Shown: positions 1-9,981, counted from the stretch's first letter. The stretch: 64,000 nucleotides of DNA from an uncultured Anaerolineales bacterium (GCA_964526295.1 CAZGKW010000012.1:30643-94642); one strand, 5' to 3'. Numbers and translations: made by a program. The notes: generated by a model from the letters alone, not told the origin.

Positions 1-369
1 TTCGAAGCCGACACGCCGCTCGGCGGGGGCGTCGCCCGGCAGATCGGCCCGGAAGCGCGCCCCGAGGACGCCGACACCGCCGTGCTCTTCGCAGGCTACC
101 TGCGCGCTCCCCGACAAGGGATCTACCGCTTCTATCCGAGCCCGCCCAACAGCGGCAAGGTATGGATCGGCGACCGCGTCGTGTGGGACCCGAACCCCCT
201 GAACCCCAAACGGCACCGCCACGAGTTGGTGGTCCTGGCACCCGGCAGACACCGCTTCCGGGCGGCGTTCTTCTTCGGCGAGGGCGTCGGCCAGGGGAAG
301 CTGGGCATTCAGTGGGAGGGGCCGGGCCTTGCCAGGGAGCCGATCCCGGCCGCGGCGATGAGTCACTGA
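1..369 (+). CDS. 5'-truncated paralog of the secreted PA14-domain protein family. Only the C-terminal PA14-like end is present.
   Basis: The frame is open from nt 1. Its C-terminus (..FAGYLRAP..GKLGIQWEG..SH*) parallels the C-terminus of the next gene (..FEGYLAIEAPGPYNVYLG..RIEFMDGGWGEL..SH*). Confidence 0.55.
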   Translation, partial: FEADTPLGGGVARQIGPEARPEDADTAVLFAGYLRAPRQGIYRFYPSPPNSGKVWIGDRVVWDPNPLNPKRHRHELVVLAPGRHRFRAAFFFGEGVGQGKLGIQWEGPGLAREPIPAAAMSH

Positions 370-389
370 CTGCGCACAAGGAGCAGGTT

Positions 390-2744
390 ATGAAACGAGC
401 GGTGCTACGAGTGGTTGGAATGGTCTTTTGTATGATGGCAACAGGTGTTCCGGCGGCCCCTGCGGCCGAGAAAACACCGGGCCTGGACCTCGAGCCCTGC
501 ACGGTCGAGCTGGTGGACGGGACGAAGATCGACGGCAAGCTCGCCGTCCAGTTCCAGATGCCCGAGCACCTCGTCGTCTACTCGCCGCGCCTGGCGACGG
601 TGCGAAGCTTTCGGAAGGACCACGTCCACGCCCTGACCATCGCGGGTGAGCGGAAGGAGCTGAACCCGAAGCGCGCGTTGACGGAGGAGGACCGCAAGCT
701 CCTCGGCCGGGTCCGGTGGCCGGACGAGCCGCCGGCGGAGGGCCGCCAGCCCCCCTACACGACCGAGACGTGGAACAAGCCCAAGCAACTGCTCGTCTGG
801 GCCCGCCCCGGCAAGAGCGGTCGCTTCGACGACACCAGCAACTGGCTGGTCAACGGCGCCCCGGTCCGGACGCTGGCCACGACGGAGGTCTGGTCCGGGC
901 CCGCCTGGCACCGAGGCCGCGGCGTGTCGGCACTGAACAAGGACACCGACCTTCTCATTCCCGTCGCCGCGTCGGCATACCAGGTGCGCGGTCGCGGCGA
1001 CTACCTCGCCCGTCACATCACGGTCGAGTCGGGCGCCGCCTTTCACCACGGCCTGAAGGGCGCCTACGGGAACCTGTGGGTTGACGAGCACGGCCGCATC
1101 GACGGCGGGGGGCACGCGTCTCTGCTTGGAGGCAAGCATACCTTCTTCGTCAACGGCGAGCGTCGCGACCCAGCCAAGCCGGTCGACTGGAGCACCATCG
1201 AGGCCAAGCATTTCGCGCGGAAGTGGGTGGTTCGAAAAGACGCCCGCGACGCGTCTGTGGAGCTGATCGGCAGTATCGGTTCCGGGGACGAGACCCACGT
1301 CATTCGCGGCCGTGCCGTGGTCTCTGAGAACACGACCGTCCTGATCGGGCCGAGGTGCTGCCAGAGCGTACGCCGCGAAGCCACGCTGCAGTTGACCTCC
1401 GGGGCGGTCGTGGCCAAGAACAGCAATCAGCTCCACAAGCAGGACATGATGGTTGTCGGCACGTTGCTGGCCGGGACGCCTGACCGGCCGCTCGAGAGCG
1501 ACTGCTACATCGGCATCAGCTTCAAGGACCACGCGGCCGCGTTCGCCGGCCGGATGTGGTCGGAGGTCGGCCGGCGCGTCGGCTTCCGCGGATTCGAGGT
1601 CGTCCCCACCGGCACGATTCGCGTCCACAGCGCCGACCCGACGGAAGCCCGGCTCGTCTTCTGCTGCCATCGGCAGGACGGCTGTGGCGACACCGGCAGT
1701 CTGCCTAGCAAGGAGCAGGACCCCAAGAAATGGGCCGCCTACGAGAAGTTGCCCCGACGCATCAACCTGGTGTTCTGGGAGGGCGCGGACGTGCAGCTTG
1801 ACGGCGTCGAGTTCCGCGACATCGAGAAGGGCGGCATCCGCCTCCAGGACCTGAACATGAAGGACCCCTGGAAGCACGTGTATTACGGCGAGAACAACGC
1901 CGGGCCGCCTGAGCAGCTCCTCGTGCAATACGAGCCCACCATGGAAGGCAGAGGGGCGTACTCGTTCCCGATTGAGAAGGCTGCGAAAGGCGACCTGTTC
2001 ACCGCCCACGGCCTGTACACGATCAATCCGGGCACGCCGATCATTGAGACGCCCGACGGGTGCTACCCCAAGGGCAAGACGGTCAAGGTGAGGCTCTCGA
2101 GCGAGATCAACGAACTCGAGGTCCGCTACACGCTGGACGGCGCGGAGCCGTCGGCAAGTTCGACGCTCTACCTGGCGCCGTTCACCGTCAGCGAGGACGT
2201 TGTCGTCAAGGCGGCGGGGTTTAAGGACGGCAAGCGACTCGGCGATACGGCCGAGGCCCGGTTCCGGTTTGTGGCGGCCGATGAGGTCAAGCTGACCGAA
2301 GGGGCCGACCCGGGCAAGACCTCCGCCGGTCTGGCCTACAAGGTCTTCGACGGCGAGTGGGAGACGATGCCCGATTTCCGCGGTTTGAAGCCGGTGAACA
2401 CGGGAGTGGTGCCCGTACCTGACCTCGACGCCCTGGAGCGAGGCCGCGACAAGTCCGCGGTCGTCTTTGAAGGGTACCTGGCCATCGAAGCGCCGGGGCC
2501 CTACAACGTGTATCTGGGCACGGCGAAGGCCGATGCCTGCCGGGTCTACGTCAACGGTCGGCGCATCATCGACAACGACATGGACACGTATGAGAGCGTC
2601 GGCCTGGCCGGGCTGGCCAAGGGCAAGCACGCCCTGCGGATCGAGTTCATGGACGGCGGCTGGGGGGAGCTGGTCCGCATGGCCTTGCGCAAGCTCGATG
2701 ACCCGGAGAAACGTGCCGTCACCCCGAACATGCTCAGTCATTGA
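390..2744 (+). CDS. Secreted multidomain protein. It has a family-specific N-terminal module, a chitobiase/beta-hexosaminidase C-terminal-like domain and a C-terminal PA14-like domain.
   Basis: AAGGAGcaggttATG RBS and a signal peptide (MKRAVLRVVGMVFCMMATGVPAAPA). Motifs: VRYTLDGAEPSASSTLYLAPFTV (CHB_HEX_C-like) and GEWETMPDFRGLKP..VYLGTAKADACRVYVNGRRIIDND (PA14-like). It is a paralog of 2776..4401 and 12169..13563. Confidence 0.7.
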   Translation: MKRAVLRVVGMVFCMMATGVPAAPAAEKTPGLDLEPCTVELVDGTKIDGKLAVQFQMPEHLVVYSPRLATVRSFRKDHVHALTIAGERKELNPKRALTEEDRKLLGRVRWPDEPPAEGRQPPYTTETWNKPKQLLVWARPGKSGRFDDTSNWLVNGAPVRTLATTEVWSGPAWHRGRGVSALNKDTDLLIPVAASAYQVRGRGDYLARHITVESGAAFHHGLKGAYGNLWVDEHGRIDGGGHASLLGGKHTFFVNGERRDPAKPVDWSTIEAKHFARKWVVRKDARDASVELIGSIGSGDETHVIRGRAVVSENTTVLIGPRCCQSVRREATLQLTSGAVVAKNSNQLHKQDMMVVGTLLAGTPDRPLESDCYIGISFKDHAAAFAGRMWSEVGRRVGFRGFEVVPTGTIRVHSADPTEARLVFCCHRQDGCGDTGSLPSKEQDPKKWAAYEKLPRRINLVFWEGADVQLDGVEFRDIEKGGIRLQDLNMKDPWKHVYYGENNAGPPEQLLVQYEPTMEGRGAYSFPIEKAAKGDLFTAHGLYTINPGTPIIETPDGCYPKGKTVKVRLSSEINELEVRYTLDGAEPSASSTLYLAPFTVSEDVVVKAAGFKDGKRLGDTAEARFRFVAADEVKLTEGADPGKTSAGLAYKVFDGEWETMPDFRGLKPVNTGVVPVPDLDALERGRDKSAVVFEGYLAIEAPGPYNVYLGTAKADACRVYVNGRRIIDNDMDTYESVGLAGLAKGKHALRIEFMDGGWGELVRMALRKLDDPEKRAVTPNMLSH

Positions 2745-2775
2745 CAATCCCCGACTGTTGCCACAGGAACAGCGC

Positions 2776-4401
2776 GTGCATTATAATACATCCCTACTCT
2801 CTTTCGCCCTGGCCGCCTGCCTCCTGGCAACGGTCGCATCGCAGGCCCAAGCCGAGGCCACCCCTGGACCTCAGCTCAAGCCCTGCACCCTCGAGCTGGT
2901 CGACGGACGCAAGGTCGAGGGGCACCTTGCGGTGCAGTTCAAGATGGACGATCACCTCGTCGTCTACTCGCCGCGCCTGGCGACGGTGCGGTCGTTACTG
3001 AAGGAGCACGTGCATGCGCTGACCGTGAACGGTAAGCGCGAGGAGCTGAACCCGAAGCGCGAGTTGACGGAGGAGGACAAGAAGCTTCTGGGGCAGATCG
3101 AATGGCCGGACGAACCGCCGGCCGAGGGTCGCAAGCCCGCCTACACCAGCCAAAAGTGGGAAGCCCCGAGGCGGCTGCTGGTCTGGGCGGGGCCCGGCAC
3201 GAGCGGCCTTCTGCACCACTCGGCGAACTGGCTCGACAGCGGGCGCCCCGCCGAGGGGCTTTGGCCCGAAAAGGGCATCAATCCGCGGGACCTCAAGGTC
3301 GCTTGGCTGGACAGCGAGACGGACGTCCTCCTCCCCGCCGCCGGGAAGGGCTACGCGGTGGCCTACAGCGTCCGGCCGGCGGGCAACCTGGAGCTGCGGC
3401 ACCTGACCGTCGAGCCCGGCGCGACCTTCAAGGTCGCTGCCTGCCGCGCCCTGACCGGCAACGTCTGGGCGATGCGGGGGGCCGTCTTCCGCACCCGCTA
3501 CACGGCGACCCTGAGCGGCCCCCGGCACACGCTGTTCTTCAACGACCTGCCGTGGGTGGGCCCCGAGACGGAAAGGGCCCGGCCCGTACGGCGGGGGTTC
3601 GTCGTCCCCTCGCCGGAGGGGTTGAAGGTCGCCCAGTACCTCGACGTCCGAAAGGCCGACGAGGCATCCGTCACGTTCTGCGGGAGCGTCGCGACGAGCG
3701 ACGACTTCCAGATCGCGTCGGGCACGGCGATCGTCGCCCCTCACAGCCAGCTCTGGCCGGGGACCCGCTCGTCGCAGCGGCTGCCAAGCGGGGCCGTTCT
3801 GCGGCTCCACTCCGGGTCTGAGTTCGGCAAGGCCCACAACGCCACCTCGACGGGCTACGGACTGGGCGAGTTCGCCGACGGCGGGTCCGTCGATCTGGTC
3901 GTCGCCGGGCGGATCGAGGCCGGCACGCCCGACCAGCCCATCACCGAGGACGTCGGCCTGGGGGTCAGCTTCAAGAACCCCGTCGGCTGGTCCAACGGCA
4001 AGGGAACGGTGAAGAAGCGGCCGATGAGCCTTATCGTCGCCGAGGGCGCCGAGATCGTCGTCCACACCGCCGACCCCAAGAAGGCCCGACTGGTCATCGG
4101 CTGGCACCGGCGGCACAACGATTGGTTCGAGACCCGCCTTGAAGGCTACAAGCAGATGCCGGAGGAGATCGAGATCGCCTTCCTCGGCAAGCCGGCTCTG
4201 GAGCACGTGGGTTTCGAGGACGTCGCCCGCGGCGGCATCCACGTGGCGGACCCGGCTTCGGTGAAGTGGTGGCAAAACGTGTCCTTCGGCGCCCGCAACC
4301 GAGGCCGGCCCGAGGAGCTGATCGCCCCGCTCTCCGACGCCGAACGGGAGGCCATCAATTCGACGCGGTGGTACCGGCGGCTTGTTCAGCCCCCGAGGTA
4401 G
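2776..4401 (+). CDS. Secreted paralog of the same family, lacking the PA14 tail.
   Basis: GTG start followed by a signal peptide (HYNTSLLSFALAACLLATVASQAQA). It shares the N-terminal block LKPCTLELVDG.K..G.LAVQF.M..HLVVYSPRLATVRS..HVHALT..ELNPKR.LTEEDKKLLG..WPDEPPAEGR..LLVWA.PG.SG with 390..2744. Confidence 0.65.
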   Translation: MHYNTSLLSFALAACLLATVASQAQAEATPGPQLKPCTLELVDGRKVEGHLAVQFKMDDHLVVYSPRLATVRSLLKEHVHALTVNGKREELNPKRELTEEDKKLLGQIEWPDEPPAEGRKPAYTSQKWEAPRRLLVWAGPGTSGLLHHSANWLDSGRPAEGLWPEKGINPRDLKVAWLDSETDVLLPAAGKGYAVAYSVRPAGNLELRHLTVEPGATFKVAACRALTGNVWAMRGAVFRTRYTATLSGPRHTLFFNDLPWVGPETERARPVRRGFVVPSPEGLKVAQYLDVRKADEASVTFCGSVATSDDFQIASGTAIVAPHSQLWPGTRSSQRLPSGAVLRLHSGSEFGKAHNATSTGYGLGEFADGGSVDLVVAGRIEAGTPDQPITEDVGLGVSFKNPVGWSNGKGTVKKRPMSLIVAEGAEIVVHTADPKKARLVIGWHRRHNDWFETRLEGYKQMPEEIEIAFLGKPALEHVGFEDVARGGIHVADPASVKWWQNVSFGARNRGRPEELIAPLSDAEREAINSTRWYRRLVQPPR

Positions 4402-4443
4402 GGTCGCTTGCCTCCAATGCGACTGGAACGTGGAGGACCGGAC

Positions 4444-6630
4444 ATGCAGCGGACGTTTCGATTCGGACTGAGCATCGCCGCCCTCGGACTCGCCGCCCTG
4501 GGCTTGGCCGCCGGCGACGCCCGGGCCCTCATTAACCCCCAGCTCCAGCCCTTCATCCACCTCCCGCGGCGGTACCGGGTGGTCCTCGGGACGCGCGTCG
4601 CGTCGCGCAACCTCGACGACGGCGCGATGACGCTCGAGGTGACCGACGTGATCTCCGGCCAATTCCAGCCGCGGCGCATCCACGTCACCACCGTCGAGGC
4701 GACGCGCGACGCCCCCATCTTCATCGACGACGGCCATCCCATCGTCGCCTACGTCGGCCGCAACCCCACCCGCCACGAACCCGGCGGCGAGAACAGCATC
4801 GTCTTCTACGGCGACAACGGCGTGTGGCACGAGGCCGAGGCCGACCCTGAGGACCCCGCCCGGTGGACGTGGACCCGGGTCCGCGAGGAGCAGACTACCG
4901 AGAGCCTGTTCGGCTGCTACAACGGGGCCGCCGACCGGTTCCTGGAGATGATGCGGGACTGGAAGGCGGGCCGGGCGTTCTTCCCCCCCCGGGCCTTCAT
5001 CCAGCTCAGGCAGCAGGCCGTCGGGCGGTTCGCGAAGCCCGTGCGCGGCGTGGCCCTTTACGACCTCGACGGTGACGGCCGGTGCGACATCTACGCCTGC
5101 TCCGAGGCGGGCAACCGGGCTTACGTCCAGACCGGGCCCCTGGAGTTCACCGACCGGACCGACGCGCTGGGTCTGGCGGGCCTGGCGACGCCGAGCTCCT
5201 CGCTGGCCGATGCGAACGCCGACGGCTGGGTCGACCTGCTGGCGGGCGGCCGGCTGTTCCTCGGCGGCCCCGAGGGGTTCCGGCCCTCGGACCGGCTCCC
5301 TCCCGCGGCGAACGAAGGCGTCAAGACCGCCGCCTTCGTCCAGGTCAACGGCGACGGGTGGCCGGACGTCATCGTCTCACGCATCGGCGGCGGACTGGCC
5401 GTCTACCTCAACCCAGGCGCCGCGGCGTGGGCCGAGAAGGCGGCGTTCACCGACGCGACGAAGGCCCTGGGCCTCGACGGGGAGGCCCTCGGGGCCGACG
5501 GAACGGGCTTTGTCGCGCCCGGCGACCTGAACGGCGACGGGCGGACGGACCTCTTCTACGGCGCCGCCTCCGGCGTGCTGCTCGTCCAGGGCGAGGACGG
5601 CATGTTCACCGGCGGCGGATTGGGTCTGGATTTCTCGACCGCCGGCGCCGGTCCGGGCCTGACCGGCGCGGCCTGCTTCGGCCCCCTCTGGCGCGACGAC
5701 CGCTCCGCCCTGGTCGTGCCGACGGACTACAGTTACGCCCTGCTGACGCTCGAAGACGGCGGCCTGCGCGAGCTGGTGACCGCCACGAACGAGCTCCACA
5801 ACGAGCCGACGCAGGACCAGCTCGCCGTCCTCGCCGCCGACCTGAACGTCGACGGACGCGTCGACCTCTACACCGCCAGCCGCTCGGCCGGCGTGTCCAA
5901 CGCCTTCCACGCCAACCGCGGCTACGGCTCCTACATGAACTCCGTCAAGGCCAAGCCGGCGGGGTTCCCCGACGCCCACCGGACGGGCGCCTGGGGCCTG
6001 GCGGCCGGCGACGTCGACGGCGACGGGGCAAACGAGCTGCTCCTCGGCGGCGTCGACGGGAACCTGACGCTTCTCGTCAACGAGACACTCCGCGAACGTA
6101 AACCCAAGCTGAATCCGACCTATCACGAAGCCAAGCTCCTCGGGACGCGGGTCCTCTCGGTCCACGTGACGGGCAAGGTCGGAGTCCTTGGCGCGGTCGT
6201 GACCCTGGCCGAGGCCCCATCCGCGAAGAAGGGCAGCTCGATCGGCGGCGCGGGCGGTCGCGTCATCGCCCGGCGCAGCGTCGGCACGCAGTTCCTGACG
6301 GGCTGCCGGGGGCCGGATACGATCAACCTGGCCGTCCGCGAGCCCGGCCGGTACGTCCTCGCGGTCCGCTACGCCGACGGGCACGAGCGGACGTGGCCCG
6401 TCAACCTGTCGGCCTCGACTTCGACGCACGTGAAGCTTCGCGCCGAGCGTCAGACGACCGACGGGCCGCTACGACCCGTCGGGATTGAAGCTGCACTTGA
6501 CACCCCGCACGCACGGGCTGCTCTGCCTCTGGGGGTTCGCGAGCGCGAAGGCCCCGGCCGCCGGGAGCCACCATCCGCTTCGTATGGGGCGCGTGGTTTC
6601 TCCCCACCGCGACAGGCCCACCGGACCTGA
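4444..6630 (+). CDS. FG-GAP/VCBS repeat protein (ASPIC/UnbV-like), secreted.
   Basis: Signal peptide MQRTFRFGLSIAALGLAALGLAAG. Repeated D.DGDG..D motifs: DLDGDGRCDIY, DANADGWVDLL, VNGDGWPDVIV, DLNGDGRTDLFY, DVDGDGANELLLGG. Confidence 0.7.
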   Translation: MQRTFRFGLSIAALGLAALGLAAGDARALINPQLQPFIHLPRRYRVVLGTRVASRNLDDGAMTLEVTDVISGQFQPRRIHVTTVEATRDAPIFIDDGHPIVAYVGRNPTRHEPGGENSIVFYGDNGVWHEAEADPEDPARWTWTRVREEQTTESLFGCYNGAADRFLEMMRDWKAGRAFFPPRAFIQLRQQAVGRFAKPVRGVALYDLDGDGRCDIYACSEAGNRAYVQTGPLEFTDRTDALGLAGLATPSSSLADANADGWVDLLAGGRLFLGGPEGFRPSDRLPPAANEGVKTAAFVQVNGDGWPDVIVSRIGGGLAVYLNPGAAAWAEKAAFTDATKALGLDGEALGADGTGFVAPGDLNGDGRTDLFYGAASGVLLVQGEDGMFTGGGLGLDFSTAGAGPGLTGAACFGPLWRDDRSALVVPTDYSYALLTLEDGGLRELVTATNELHNEPTQDQLAVLAADLNVDGRVDLYTASRSAGVSNAFHANRGYGSYMNSVKAKPAGFPDAHRTGAWGLAAGDVDGDGANELLLGGVDGNLTLLVNETLRERKPKLNPTYHEAKLLGTRVLSVHVTGKVGVLGAVVTLAEAPSAKKGSSIGGAGGRVIARRSVGTQFLTGCRGPDTINLAVREPGRYVLAVRYADGHERTWPVNLSASTSTHVKLRAERQTTDGPLRPVGIEAALDTPHARAALPLGVREREGPGRREPPSASYGARGFSPPRQAHRT

Positions 6631-6650
6631 CTACCGGCACCTGGACGCCG

Positions 6651-8732
6651 ATGAGGAGCCGACCGACCCAAATGCCACGGAATCGCAAGAAAGCCCGAAC
6701 GAAACCGGCCCGCAGGGCGGCCCGGCCTTCGGCGTCGGCTCGGGCGGGAGCCCAGGGGACGCTACTTGCCGCCGTGCCTCCCCCCGGCCGCACGACTCGC
6801 CTCTGCCTGTGGGTCGCTTTGTGGCTGGTCTTCGTGCTGGGCCTGGTCCTCGGGTACCGGGAGATCGGCAGCCCCGACCTCGGGTTCCACCTCAGCTCGG
6901 CCCGATGGATCGTCGAGAACGGCACGGTCCCCCGGACGGACATCTTCACCTACACCGTCACCGACCACGCCTACGTCGACCTTCAGTGGCTGTTTCAGCT
7001 CTTCGTGTACGGGCTGCTTCAGGTGGGCGGCACGGCCGGGATCGTGGCCGCGACGACCGGCCTGACGCTCGCGTTCGCGGGGCTCTTGCTCTTGCGGACG
7101 TGGCGGCGCGACGGGCGGATTCCGCTGGCCGCGGTGCTGCTGATGATGCTGTTCCTGCTGGCGACACACTGGGAGCCCCGGCCGCACCTGCTGTCGTGGA
7201 TGTGGGGGTCGCTGGTTCTGCTGGTCTTGGAAGAGCACGCCCGGGGCTCGCGGCGGTGGCTGCCGGCCCTGCCCGTCATCATGGTCCTCTGGGTGAACAC
7301 ACATTCGCTGTTCGTGCTGGGCCTGGTGATCATCGTCGTCTACGCCGTCCGCATGACGGCCGCGGCGCTCCGGGCCCGGGCGAACGGCCGGCCGGGGCCG
7401 CTCGACAGGAGGCTCCTCCTCTGGTCGGTGGCGGCGGTCGCGGCGTGCCTCGCGAATCCCTACCACGTCGACGGCCTGCTGCTTCCCCTGACGCAGTACG
7501 GCGACATCCAGCCGGGTTCGGCCTTCACGTCGCCCGAGACAGGCATCTCGGAGTTCACCTCGCCCTTCAGCTTCAACGAGTACGTCGTGGACGGCCGGCT
7601 GGTGCTGTTCCAGCCGCGGCTCTACTACCAGCTCTTCACGGTCCTGGCGGTCGCCGGGCTGATTGGCAACTGGCGGCGGTGGCGGCCCGCGGAGATGGTC
7701 CTGTTCGCCGGCTTCCTCTACGTCTTCGCCCGGGCGAACAAGAACTTCGGCTACTTCGTGATGGCCGTCTTCCCGATGGCCGCGACCGGCTTGGACCGCC
7801 TGGGCGGACAGCTGAGGGCTGCGCTCGTCCGGAAGTCGCCGAAAGGGCTCGAGCCGCACGGCGCTCGTCCGTGGCGACTCCTCTGGCTGGGGGCGTGCGG
7901 GACCGTCTGCCTCGTGCTCATTCCCGCCGTCTGGACGGGTTGGCTGTACGACCTGGCGTGGGTGTCCCATCGCCGCGGGACGGGGTTCAACGAGTCGCTG
8001 CTCCCGGTCGAGGCGTCCGAGTTTATCAATCGCCATAAGATCGAGGGCCGGCCCCTCAACACCTGGAACGACGGCGGCTACCTGTCGTGGGCGACCCGAC
8101 AGAAGGTCTTTATCTGTAGCCACGGCGAGGTGATGGGCCAGGGCTTTTACGGCCGGTACGTCGAGGCCAAGCAGCCGGGGGGCCTGGCCGACGCGCTCAA
8201 CCGGCACGTGCCGACCGTGGCCGTGGTGCCCTACAGGAGCGTCCCGTACTGGCTGTACGCCTTCGACCGGGCCAAGGCGTGGCGGCTGGTCCATGCGGAC
8301 GACCGCACGGCGGTGTTCGTCCATCCGCCGGCAGCGCCGCTGGTGCCCCCCATGCCCGAGCCCAGGGCCGGCGCCGACTACCCGGCGTTCGACGATGCGG
8401 ACGTGGAGCGCGTCGTCCGCCAGGCGGCGTCGGCTCGGCCGCCGAACCTGGGGGAATGGTTCCGGGGCCGGCGGGCCTGGCCCCTGCGAGAGATGGCCCG
8501 CTCGGGCTTCTACCTCCAGACGCGGGAGGTGGACGCCTGCATCGGCACGGCCTTGGCGGGGCTGGAACGGACGCCGTTCCTCGTGCCCGACCTGCTGCTG
8601 ACCCTGGGTCACGCCCTGAACGCACGGGGCCGCTACGGCCTGGCCGACCGGTGCTACGAAGCGTTCCTGCGGGCGGAGGACGATCCGCGCATCGCCCGCG
8701 AGATCGAGCAGTTGCGGCGGCAGCGCCGCTGA
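6651..8732 (+). CDS. Polytopic inner-membrane protein, possibly a GT-C-type (ArnT/PMT-like) glycosyltransferase, with a C-terminal soluble TPR-like tail.
   Basis: More than 10 predicted TM helices in the N-terminal two thirds (LCLWVALWLVFVLGLVLG, LLLLRTW.., VIMVLWVNTHSLFVLGLVIIVVYAV..). It is convergent with a GT2 Dpm1/ArnC-like gene. The start may be M8 (6672). Confidence 0.45.
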   Translation: MRSRPTQMPRNRKKARTKPARRAARPSASARAGAQGTLLAAVPPPGRTTRLCLWVALWLVFVLGLVLGYREIGSPDLGFHLSSARWIVENGTVPRTDIFTYTVTDHAYVDLQWLFQLFVYGLLQVGGTAGIVAATTGLTLAFAGLLLLRTWRRDGRIPLAAVLLMMLFLLATHWEPRPHLLSWMWGSLVLLVLEEHARGSRRWLPALPVIMVLWVNTHSLFVLGLVIIVVYAVRMTAAALRARANGRPGPLDRRLLLWSVAAVAACLANPYHVDGLLLPLTQYGDIQPGSAFTSPETGISEFTSPFSFNEYVVDGRLVLFQPRLYYQLFTVLAVAGLIGNWRRWRPAEMVLFAGFLYVFARANKNFGYFVMAVFPMAATGLDRLGGQLRAALVRKSPKGLEPHGARPWRLLWLGACGTVCLVLIPAVWTGWLYDLAWVSHRRGTGFNESLLPVEASEFINRHKIEGRPLNTWNDGGYLSWATRQKVFICSHGEVMGQGFYGRYVEAKQPGGLADALNRHVPTVAVVPYRSVPYWLYAFDRAKAWRLVHADDRTAVFVHPPAAPLVPPMPEPRAGADYPAFDDADVERVVRQAASARPPNLGEWFRGRRAWPLREMARSGFYLQTREVDACIGTALAGLERTPFLVPDLLLTLGHALNARGRYGLADRCYEAFLRAEDDPRIAREIEQLRRQRR

Positions 8733-8766
8733 CGCGTCCCTTGGGTGGCAGCCGGGGGGCGGCCCG

Positions 8767-9981
8767 TCAGTCTCCCGACGAGGGCGGCTCGCTTCCCTTT
8801 CGCCGCATCCCCAGCATGCTGAGGAAGAAGCCCGAGAGCATCGTCTGGAACGCCAGGGCGAAGAGCGTCGCCCCGGGGACCACCAGCCGCATCGTGCGGG
8901 TGTAGTCGAGGTCGCCGAAGTCGGCCAACCGCCACTGGTTGATCGCCGCGATCAGGAGGCCCGCCCCCACCGCGAACACGGCCACGGCCAGCACCATCGC
9001 CCGCTCCAGCGTCGCCCAGTCGAAGAACCGCTCGAGCCGCGGGTCCGGCGGCAGGAACCCCTCGGCGATCGCGAACACCTTCGCCAGCAACGCGAACAGC
9101 ACCGCCTGGTACCCGCACAGGGCGAACAGGCTGGCGAACAGCAGCGTGTGGGCGTCGAAGCGCACCTCGCCCACCTCGAGGCCCGGCAGGGCCACCGCGT
9201 ACCCCACGACCCCCAAGCCGATCAGCGCCAGCCCCGGCACCAGGAACAGGTATCGCGGCGTGCACAGCAGGAAGAACCGCAACGTCCTCCAGCCGTCGCG
9301 GAGCGTCCTGAGGTGGGGGGCCCGGACCGTCCGGCCGTCCGGGTGGAGCGTGATCGGCACCTCGGCGACCCGCTCGCCCCGGAGGCTGGACTTGATGATC
9401 ATCTCGGTGGCGAACTCCATCCCCGTGCACCGCTGCTCCAGGCGGTCGTAGAGGTCGGGGGTGAATCCGCGGAGGCCGCAGTAGATGTCGTGGATCGTCG
9501 CGCCGAACCACCGCCGGGCCAGCCAGGTGAACAGGGGATTGCCGATCCAGCGGTGGGACCAGGGCATGGCCCCGGGCTCGACGCGGCCACCCCCCGCCGG
9601 CAGCCGGCAGCCCTGCACCAGGCCGAACCCCTCCCGGAGCTTCTCGACGAACCGGGGCACCTCGCGGAAGTCGTAGCTGTCATCGGCGTCGCCCATGACG
9701 ATGAAGCGGCCGCGGGCCGCCTCGACCCCGCCCATCAGGGCGCTGCCGTACCCCGGCTCGGTCACGTGCACGACGCGGGCGCCGAGCTGCCGGGCGATCT
9801 CCATCGAGCCGTCCGTGCTGCCGTTGTCGGCGACGATCACCTCGCCCGCCACGCCGGCCTCGTCGAGGCCCTCCTGGGCCTTGCCGATGCACGTGCCGAG
9901 GGTCTCGGCCTCGTTCAGACAGGGGATGACCACCGAGACCTCGATCTCGTGCGGCTCGGGGGTGGTTGGCTCGTCGCTCAC
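8767..9981 (-). CDS. Family 2 glycosyltransferase (polyprenyl-phosphate sugar synthase, Dpm1/ArnC-like) with a C-terminal membrane anchor.
   Basis: Motifs: VSVVIPCLNEAETLG, VIVADNGSTDGS, MGDADDSY (the DXD motif), followed by 3–4 TM helices. Confidence 0.8.
   Translation of the reverse strand: MSDEPTTPEPHEIEVSVVIPCLNEAETLGTCIGKAQEGLDEAGVAGEVIVADNGSTDGSMEIARQLGARVVHVTEPGYGSALMGGVEAARGRFIVMGDADDSYDFREVPRFVEKLREGFGLVQGCRLPAGGGRVEPGAMPWSHRWIGNPLFTWLARRWFGATIHDIYCGLRGFTPDLYDRLEQRCTGMEFATEMIIKSSLRGERVAEVPITLHPDGRTVRAPHLRTLRDGWRTLRFFLLCTPRYLFLVPGLALIGLGVVGYAVALPGLEVGEVRFDAHTLLFASLFALCGYQAVLFALLAKVFAIAEGFLPPDPRLERFFDWATLERAMVLAVAVFAVGAGLLIAAINQWRLADFGDLDYTRTMRLVVPGATLFALAFQTMLSGFFLSMLGMRRKGSEPPSSGD

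Noticed and set aside
82-369. A stand-alone 95-aa ORF at the window start.
   Set aside because: The frame is open back to nt 1, and the peptide aligns with the C-terminus of the downstream paralog. It is the tail of a gene truncated by the window edge.
405-2747. A 780-aa minus-strand ORF antisense to the PA14-family gene. Other similar long antisense ORFs include 2995..4830, 6762..8612, 10197..12221, 16169..18019, 37460..42337 (+, 1625 aa), 43959..45743 (+), 52406..54343 (+) and 63319..63819.
   Set aside because: They are frame artefacts of ~70% GC DNA. They are Arg/Pro/Gly/Ala-rich, show no motifs, and overlap genes that have clear domain signatures on the opposite strand.
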